From Kofleriaceae bacterium (GTDB lineage Bacteria > Myxococcota_A > Polyangia > Haliangiales > Haliangiaceae): a DNA stretch of 64,000 nt. The stretch lies in the NCBI GenBank assembly GCA_964203225.1, contig CAXNMK010000002.1, forward strand, positions 673,664 to 737,663, in the 5' to 3' direction. Position 1 is the stretch's first letter. Each line of letters begins with the position of its first letter. The notes beneath the pieces were generated by a model. That model saw nothing but the letters and a program-made list of their open reading frames with translations, ran no database searches and was not told where the DNA came from. Of the stretch, positions 51,352-64,000 are shown piece by piece. Both the position numbers and the translations under genes were made by a program.

Positions 51352-51941
51352 CCACCGCTTCGCCCGCGCGCGGTCCGGCGCTGGGCGTGCTGGAGGTCGG
51401 GACGATCTCGCGCGGCATCGTCGCCGCGGACGCGGCGCTCAAGCGCGCTCCGGCGATCCTGATGTCGTCGCGCGCGGTGTCGGGCGGCAAGCACCTCGTC
51501 ATGCTCGAGGGCGGCGTGGCCGAGGTCGAGGAGGCGATGGCCGCCGGACGGCTCGCCGCCGGGACCGCGCTGCTCGACTCTCTCGAGCTGGCCTACGCCG
51601 ATGCGCAGGTGTGGCCGATGCTGGGCGCGCCGGTCGCGGCCCCCGACTGGACCGACGATCCCACGGCCGAGGCGGTGGCGATCATCGAGACCTCGACGGT
51701 GGTCGCCGCGATCGCCGCTGCCGATGCGGCGTGCAAGGTCGCCGACGTCACCGTCCGCGACGTGCGATTCGCCGTCGACCTCGCCGGCAAGGCGTACTTC
51801 ACCCTGACCGGCTCGCTCGACTCGATCGAGGCTGCCGCCGACGCGGCCCGCGCGGCCGCGACCGGGACGAGCGATCGCCTGGTCGGCCTCGAGGTGATCG
51901 CGCAGCCGTCGCCCGACCTGCGCGGCCGGCTGTTCCGCTGA
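51348..51941 (+). CDS. bacterial microcompartment tandem-domain shell protein (BMC-T, PduT-like)
   Basis: Two BMC domains (LGVLEVGTISRGIVAADAALKRAPAIL... and AVAIIETSTVVAAIAAADAACKVADVTV...). The ATG overlaps the ALDH stop (ATGA). Confidence 0.8.
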   Translation: MTTASPARGPALGVLEVGTISRGIVAADAALKRAPAILMSSRAVSGGKHLVMLEGGVAEVEEAMAAGRLAAGTALLDSLELAYADAQVWPMLGAPVAAPDWTDDPTAEAVAIIETSTVVAAIAAADAACKVADVTVRDVRFAVDLAGKAYFTLTGSLDSIEAAADAARAAATGTSDRLVGLEVIAQPSPDLRGRLFR

Positions 51942-51960
51942 CCTTGCGACGACACCGGCG

Positions 51961-54102
51961 TCAGCGCAGCGGGTTGCCCGGCGCGAGGTTCCCGAGGTCG
52001 CCCCAGGAGGGCGCCCGCCAGCGCTTGCGGTACGCGAGGAACATGCCGGCGGCGTCGCGGAGCGTGCGCCGGGCCAGCGCCGCGTCGTCGCCGAGCGGCA
52101 TCGTCTCGTCGGGATCGACGCGCACGTCGTACAGCGCGCTCGTCCCGTCGTAGTCGACCACCAGGTGGTGACCGCTGGTCCGCAGGGCGTAGCTCTTGCC
52201 ATACTCGCTCGCGGTGATGCGCGGCCACGCCGGGCCGAGCGTGTCGGGGATGAGCGAACGGCCCTGCATCCGTGGATCGGCGGGTTGCCCCAGGAGCGCG
52301 AGCACCGTGGGGGCGATGTCCGCGTTGCTCGCCGGCGCGGTCACCCGCGCGATCCCGACGCCCCCCGCGATGATCAGCGGGACGTCGACCAGCTCGCGGT
52401 GCAGGCTGTAGGCGTGCCCGGCGGCGCCCGCGCGCTCGCCCATGCCCTCGCCGTGATCGGAGGTGATGATGATCGCCGTCTGGTCGAGCACGCCCGCGGC
52501 GCGCAGGCCGTCCGCGAGGGCGCCGATGCAGGCGTCGACGTGGGTGACCTCGCCGTCGTACAGCGCCCGCACCTGGGTCCAGTCCGGGTGATCCGCGGGC
52601 AGGGCCTTCATGCGGCCCAGCTGCTTGCTCGAGGTCTGTTTCCCCAGCGGCGGGCGCCACGGCCCCGCGTGGTACTGGTCGGTGACGCCGTCGTGGAACC
52701 GGTAGGCCACGTGCGGGTCGATCGGCAGCAGCGACAGGAAGAACCGCTCACCCTGGGCCTTGGCCGTGGCCACCAGCGCGAGTGCGCGCGTCACGATCGG
52801 GCCACAGTCCTTGCCGGACCGGTAGAACGGCGTCTCGGCCACCTTCCACCGCGCCGCGCGCGCGAGGCGCTCCATGGCGAAGTCGTTGTTGCCGACGAAC
52901 CCCGTGAACACGCCCGCCGCGCCGAGGATGGCCGACAGCACCGGGGTGTCGGGGCCGGGCCCGCCGGTGTCGCCGACCACGCCGTGGACGCGCGGCACCT
53001 GGCCCGTGTGGATGGTCGCGTGCGAGGGCGGCGACGACGGGGCCATCGACTGGTTGTGCAGGAACACGGCGCCCCGCGCGGCGAGCGCGGTGATGCGGGG
53101 CGTCAACACGCGCGTGGCCCCGTACGCCGTCAGCCGATCCGAGCGCAGCGTATCGACGACGACGAGCACGACGTTGGTGACGGTTGGCGGCGGCGGCACC
53201 GCCGGGCCTGCCAGCACCGCCAGCTGCGCGCCATCCCAGGTCGTGCACGCGTCGCCCTCCAGATCGAGGCGGGCGAGCCGCTCGCTTCCCTCCGCGTCCG
53301 GAACCAGGGGCAGCTGCGCCGGCAGGTCGTCGGGCGGCCCGTCGTAGACCACCACGCCGCCGGGCGCGGCCTCGGTGGTGACCCGCACGCGGACGGGACC
53401 GGCGCTCCTCGGCCGGGCGACCAGGCGCGCACCCGCGGGCAGCTCACCGTAGAGCGACACGCGCCGCCAGCCCGCGTCGCACGCCGCCGGTGCGTCCGCG
53501 GCGTGGAGCTCGACGGCGGCCAGCTTCGCCCGCGCGCCGGACATCGTCAGCTCGTGCTCGCCGACGGTCACGCGTCCGGTGGGCACCTCGATCGTGGCCG
53601 CGCCCCATCCCGCGGGCAGCTTGACCGTTCCCAGGGCCTTGCCGTCGAGCGCGAACTTCAGCGTCGCCGGGCCGAACCCGCTCACGGTGGCCCGTGTCGC
53701 CTCCCCGCGGCCGCCGATCCACGGGAAGGTCAGCGTCGCCTTCCCCGCGAGCGTGCGCACGGCGTGACCGTCGACGACGACACTCTCGGACCACGCGGAG
53801 CGCGCCACGAGCTCGTACTTCGCGAGCCCGGGGCCGCCGATGGTCAGCACCAGCCCGCGATCGACGACGTGCCAGCGCGGGCGGTTGGCGTCGAGATCGA
53901 CGCGAGGGCGAACGGCCAGGGCCGGCGTCGCCGTCGGTGTGTCGGTCGGGCCCGCGGGGCCAGGTGGCGCGCCCTCGGCGTCACGCCCGACGTCTGCGCT
54001 CCCGCGGGCCGGCGGCACGCGCTCCGGCGCGGTGGTGGCGGAGCCTCCGCACGAGGCGCCGCACGCGACGACGGCCGGCAGCAGCAAGTGACCTGAGCGC
54101 AT
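51961..54102 (-). CDS. sulfatase-family (alkaline phosphatase superfamily) lipoprotein with N-terminal beta-rich extension
   Basis: Lipobox LLLPAVVACG. The sulfatase core contains VLVVVDTLRSDRL, GQVPRVHGV and ITSDHGEGMGE. Confidence 0.8.
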   Translation of the reverse strand: MRSGHLLLPAVVACGASCGGSATTAPERVPPARGSADVGRDAEGAPPGPAGPTDTPTATPALAVRPRVDLDANRPRWHVVDRGLVLTIGGPGLAKYELVARSAWSESVVVDGHAVRTLAGKATLTFPWIGGRGEATRATVSGFGPATLKFALDGKALGTVKLPAGWGAATIEVPTGRVTVGEHELTMSGARAKLAAVELHAADAPAACDAGWRRVSLYGELPAGARLVARPRSAGPVRVRVTTEAAPGGVVVYDGPPDDLPAQLPLVPDAEGSERLARLDLEGDACTTWDGAQLAVLAGPAVPPPPTVTNVVLVVVDTLRSDRLTAYGATRVLTPRITALAARGAVFLHNQSMAPSSPPSHATIHTGQVPRVHGVVGDTGGPGPDTPVLSAILGAAGVFTGFVGNNDFAMERLARAARWKVAETPFYRSGKDCGPIVTRALALVATAKAQGERFFLSLLPIDPHVAYRFHDGVTDQYHAGPWRPPLGKQTSSKQLGRMKALPADHPDWTQVRALYDGEVTHVDACIGALADGLRAAGVLDQTAIIITSDHGEGMGERAGAAGHAYSLHRELVDVPLIIAGGVGIARVTAPASNADIAPTVLALLGQPADPRMQGRSLIPDTLGPAWPRITASEYGKSYALRTSGHHLVVDYDGTSALYDVRVDPDETMPLGDDAALARRTLRDAAGMFLAYRKRWRAPSWGDLGNLAPGNPLR

Positions 54103-54216
54103 GCCCTGGTTCTATCCAGGATCCACGGGCGGGGCCCGATTTCGGACCACCCGCCGGGCTCGACGACCAGCGTGTTCCGGCTGATGGTCAGCCCGTGACG
54201 CGCCGGCCGCGCGCGC

Positions 54217-55008
<792 letters not shown>

Positions 55009-55119
55009 CGTGGCGGGACCATGGCGCAAACCCACGGCCGCCGCAATCCTGCCGGGTACCGACGGTGGGGCGCCGACCGGGGGGCGCGCTCGAGGGCCGC
55101 GCGGGCTATCCTGTGCGCG

Positions 55120-57879
<2,760 letters not shown>

Positions 57880-57950
57880 GGTCCGTGCCGAAACGACAAC
57901 GGCCGCGGAGGGCCTCCGCGCCCAGGCTGCTCACGCGAGCGGTCGGGTGG

Positions 57951-58115
57951 TTAGGGCCCGCGAATGGACATCTCAATCGCCCTCGCGGTCGATCCATCCC
58001 CGGGGGCGTCGTTGCTCCTCGGTCGCGTACCGACGGGTACGCTCCCTCGTCGCGCCTCGCCCGCGGGGCGGCTCGCCCACGAGTATCGATCGATTTGTCC
58101 ATTCGCGGGCCCTTA
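57951..58115. mobile_element. MITE-like element: perfect 17-bp terminal inverted repeats GGGCCCGCGAATGGACA (57954-57970) and TGTCCATTCGCGGGCCC (58096-58112) flanked by TTA direct repeats
   Basis: The two 17-mers are exact reverse complements, read directly. A 125-bp core lies between them and contains the small palindrome GTACC-gac-GGTAC. TTA appears immediately outside both repeats. It is located in the HK-RR intergenic region. Confidence 0.5.
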
Positions 58116-58420
58116 CTTGCCGAACCGGTAGCTCGTGAACATCGCGTCCATGCGGGCGTCCTGGCCCGCGGTGAACGTGTTCATGCAGGCGTCGTCGGTG
58201 AGCTCCCTGAAGTTCTCCGCGGTGTCACGTGGCGGCCTCCATCGTGATCAGGGGCTCGACCTCCGGCAGGCATCCCGCGGGTTTGCCAGATTGTCAGCGG
58301 TGATCCGACCGGCTGACATGGTGGCACGGCAGGCCCTTCGGACCGGAGAGACCTGCTAGTAATTCCTGATGGTTGCATGGAATCACAGGTGGCCCACGGC
58401 TTGTTAAGGGGAACAGGGAG

Positions 58421-59988
<1,568 letters not shown>

Positions 59989-59993
59989 CCGCG

Positions 59994-60911
59994 ATGCAAG
60001 ACCTGATCAAGCGCTACTTCTGGGTCCTCGGCGCGCTCGTCGTGATGACCTGCGCCGTGTTCGCCGCCAAGGCGACCGGCCATGTCATCGAGGCCAGGTT
60101 CCTCGGGGATCCGAAGACCGGCGCCAAGGCCGCCGTGGTCGCGCTGGCGCCGGCGGTGACCACGCCGACCCGCAGCAAGGACGGCGCGCCGATGGCCGCC
60201 CGCAACATGTTCTGCTCGGACTGCACCCCGGCGGTTCCTGTGGCGTCCACGAGCACGGACCCGAGCTCGATCCAGCTGACCTCGCTGCCGCTGATGCTGG
60301 TCGCGACCAGCGTCGGCTCGTCGGATGACGGCTCGTTCGCCACGATCGTGCACACCGAGAACCACCGGCAGGGCTCGTTCAGCATCGGCGACCCGGTCCC
60401 GGGCGCGACGGGGACGCTCAAGGCGATCAAGTTCAAGTACGTCGACTTCGAGAACAACGGCCACCTCGAGCGGATCGTGCTGGTCGGCGTGGCGCCGCCC
60501 CCCGTGGTCGCGGCCGCCGAGCCGCCTCCGTCCGACGAGAACAAGGACGAACTCCAGGCCTCGATCGACAGCGGCATCAAGAAGATCGACGACAACAACT
60601 ACGAGATCGACAAGGCGCTCGTCGACAAGATCCTCGCGAACCCGATGGCCGTGGCCAAGGGCGCGCGCGTGGTCCCGGCCGTCAAGAACGGCAAGCCCGA
60701 CGGCTTCAAGCTCTACGCGATCCGTCCGAGCTCGGTGTACTCGAAGCTCGGCCTGACCAACGGCGACACGATCCAGTCGATCAACGGCTTCGACCTGACC
60801 ACGGCCGACAAGGCGCTCGAGGTCTACACGAAGCTGCGCGAGGCGACCTCTCTCGAGATGGAGGTCACTCGTCGCGGCAAGCCGGTCACCCTGAAGTACC
60901 AGATCCGATGA
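59994..60911 (+). CDS. gspC: type II secretion system protein C (GspC), N-terminal TM anchor and C-terminal PDZ domain
   Basis: TM helix YFWVLGALVVMTCAVFAA. The C-terminal PDZ-like region is YAIRPSSVYSKLGLTNGDTIQSINGFDLTT. It sits directly upstream of gspD. Confidence 0.75.
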   Translation: MQDLIKRYFWVLGALVVMTCAVFAAKATGHVIEARFLGDPKTGAKAAVVALAPAVTTPTRSKDGAPMAARNMFCSDCTPAVPVASTSTDPSSIQLTSLPLMLVATSVGSSDDGSFATIVHTENHRQGSFSIGDPVPGATGTLKAIKFKYVDFENNGHLERIVLVGVAPPPVVAAAEPPPSDENKDELQASIDSGIKKIDDNNYEIDKALVDKILANPMAVAKGARVVPAVKNGKPDGFKLYAIRPSSVYSKLGLTNGDTIQSINGFDLTTADKALEVYTKLREATSLEMEVTRRGKPVTLKYQIR

Positions 60912-63315
60912 AGGGCACGAACGAACCGATGCACGCCTCCACGTCCACCCGTACGCTCGCCGCGATCCTGGTCGCCTCGCTCGTGCTGTCCCTGGTGCCG
61001 GTCAGCCCGGCGCTCGCGCAGCCCGCGCCCGCCGCTGGTGCCGGCTCCGCCACCCCGGCCGCCGACGACGCGCTGTACCCGTGCAAGAAGGTCAAGGGCG
61101 GGCAAGTGTCCGTCACGTTCAAGCCCGAGACCGAGCTCAAGGACCTGATCACCTGGGTCATGGGCTTCACGTGCAAGAACTACGTGCTCGATCCGCGGAT
61201 CGTCTCGACCGGCAAGAAGGTCACGATCATCGCGCCGAACAAGATGAGCCCGTCGGCGGCCGATGACCTGTTCCTGGTCGCGCTGTCGACCATGGGCCTC
61301 ACCGTGGTGCCCAAGGGCAACGTGTGGAGGATCGTCGAGTCGGCGACCGCCAAGAGCGAGACGGTGCCGATCTACAGCAAGGGCGTCCCGGGCAACCGCG
61401 ACCAGATCGTCCGCTACATCCTGCGCCCGACCCACGCCAACGTCGAGACCTTGCGCGGCGCGCTCGACTCGATCCGCTCGGCAGCCGGCAACGTCCAGGT
61501 CGCCGGCTCGATGCTGGTGATCACGGACTACGCCAGCCAGATCCGGGACATGATGTCGCTCGCGCGCGCGATCGACGTCCCTGGCAACAACGAGGGCATC
61601 TACACGATCAACGTGAAGTTCGCCGATGCCACGCAGCTCGCCACCAAGATCAACGAGATCCTCGGCGTGTCGGCGGCCGGCGCGGCGGGTGGGGGCGGGG
61701 CACCCGCGGGTGGGGGCAAGCGCGGCGGCGGGGCGGCGGGCGCGGCCCCTGCGGCCGACGAGGTGTCCGGCGCGGTACCGTCGAAGATCCTCGTCGATGA
61801 CCGCACGAACACGCTGATCGTCGTGTCGAGCGAGGCGGGCTACGCCCGGGTCAAGGCCCTGGTCGAGCGCCTCGACATCTCGCTCGACACCGAGGGGGGG
61901 ACGTCGATCCGCGTCCACTCGCTCGAGAACGCGCTCGCCGAGGAGCTCGCCACCACGCTCAACAACGCGATGGGGCAGGGCCAGCAGGGCGGCGCGCAGC
62001 AGGGCCGTCGCCCGAGCGCTGCCGGGGCGGCCGCGGCCGCCCAGGCGCCCTCGCCGGTCAGCGACCTCGGCGCCTCGCTCGAGGGCCAGGTCCGCGTGAT
62101 CGGCGACAAGCCGACCAACTCGCTGATCGTGATGTCGAGCGGTCGCGACTACATCGCGATCAAGGACGTGATCCGCCGCCTCGACCAGCCGCGCCGCCAG
62201 GTGTTCATCGAGGCGATGATCCTCGAGGTCCAGCTGTCCAAGGACCTGTCGATCGGCTCGAGCTCGCACGGCGCGAGCCCGTTCGGCAGCGGCGACAGCA
62301 ACGTGATGATCGGCGGCGTGCAGACCCCGTCGCTGCGCTCGCTCGATGTCACCTCGCTCGCCACCGCGACCGGCCTGATCGGCGGCGCGCTCGGCTCGCC
62401 GACCAACTTCTTTGGCACCAGCATCCCGTCGTTCGGGATCCTGTTCCAGGCGCTCGCCACCCAGGACAACTCGAACATCCTGTCGGCGCCGCACGTGATC
62501 GCCATCGACAACGAGAAGGCCGAGCTGTCGGTCGGCAACAACATCCCCTACAAGGCCGGCCTGACGTTCGGCGGCTTCGGCCTGCCGCAGGGCGGTGGTC
62601 AGCAGCTGCCGGGCTCGATCGGGCAGAACATCCAGCGCGAGAAGCTCAACCTGACGCTCAACGTCACCCCGCACATCTCGAGCAACGACGCGGTCCGCCT
62701 CGAGATCGAGCAGGAGACCAAGGACATCGGTGGCAACGACCCCGAACTCGGGCCCACGTGGACCGAGCGCAAGCTCAAGACGCAGGTGGTGGTCAACGAC
62801 CAGCAGAGCGTCGTGATCGGCGGCCTGATCCAGGAGAAGGACATCTACAGCGTCACCAAGGTGCCGCTGCTGGGCGACGTGCCGCTCCTCGGGTATCTCT
62901 TCAAGTACTCCAAGAAGAGCAAGCGGAAGACCAACCTCTTGATCCTCCTCACGCCTTACATCATCAAGGATCAGAACGACATGCAGACCATCCGCGAGCG
63001 CAAGACCCGCGAGCGCGAGGAGTTCGTGAACTCGTTCACCAAGCTCAACGAGATGAAGTACCAGCCCCGGACCGATTACCGCCGCAAGCGCGGCCTGATC
63101 GAGGACATCAACCGGGCCGTGCTCTCGGTCGAGGCGGACCTCGAGACCATCCGCGCCATGGGGGCGCGTCAGCGCGTCGAGACCGGCGCTCTCGACTACG
63201 CCCCGTCGAGCATCGACGACCCGGACGCCGCGCCCGCCCCCGCGCCCGCGCCCACCACCGACGCGCCCACCACCGCGCCCACGCCGGCGCCCAAGGCTGG
63301 CGCCAAGGTCAAGTG

Positions 63316-63316
<1 letters not shown>
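60908..63316 (+). CDS. gspD: type II secretion system secretin GspD
   Basis: Signal peptide and N0-N3 domains. The secretin C-domain motif is VVIGGLIQEKD...KVPLLGDVPLLGYLFKYSKKSKRKTNLLILLTPYII. Confidence 0.9.

Positions 63317-64000
<684 letters not shown>

Noticed and set aside
58320-58345. Candidate sigma-54 promoter TGGCACGGCAGGCCC upstream of the PilR-like regulator
   Set aside because: There is a TGGCAC -24-like element but no GC/TTGC -12 element at the required GG-N10-GC spacing.

Overview
This is a 64 kb window of very high-GC (about 70 %) bacterial chromosome whose gene content points to a myxobacterium of the Haliangium/Sorangium type. The indicators are many sigma-54 activators and histidine kinases, Hanks-type Ser/Thr kinases with FHA partners, a gspCDE type II secretion cluster, and a Haliangium-style (HO-type) bacterial microcompartment shell locus. 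No rRNA, tRNA or CRISPR was found by eye.

Housekeeping content:
- a complete ilvE-ilvD-ilvB-ilvN-ilvC-ilvA operon
- yicC-gmk-relA/spoT
- a selA gene (apparently frameshifted)
- rluD, pgeF/yfiH, a cyclophilin, a sulfatase and a TolC-like outer membrane protein
- several two-component modules, including a solute-binding-protein + histidine kinase + sigma-54 response regulator set
- a five-gene microcompartment module (permuted BMC-T, BMC-H, BMC-P, encapsulation-peptide-bearing acylating aldehyde dehydrogenase, BMC-T)

Accessory and irregular content:
- A low-GC island at 14.4-18.2 kb carries a DUF4157-zincin/CHAP-amidase polymorphic-toxin-like gene whose GC drops at the C-terminal domain. It also holds an RHS fragment and a low-GC lipoprotein with an E. 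coli-like sigma-70 promoter.
- An ISKra4-family transposase remnant follows, and IS4/IS5-like and ISL3-like transposase fragments lie elsewhere.
- A MITE-like 165 bp element with perfect 17 bp terminal inverted repeats sits between a histidine kinase and a sigma-54 regulator.
- A roughly 43 bp sequence occurs twice, at mobile-element junctions 14 kb apart.
- There are several tandem repeats and many truncated gene relics (EAL, GT2, ABC ATPase, ParA-like, anti-sigma-like zinc finger).
- At least three otherwise well-conserved genes (selA, a zinc-ribbon Ser/Thr kinase, a sigma-54 regulator upstream of gspCDE) have apparent single-base frameshifts.

All calls are from reading the six-frame track and the raw sequence. 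No database searches were run.
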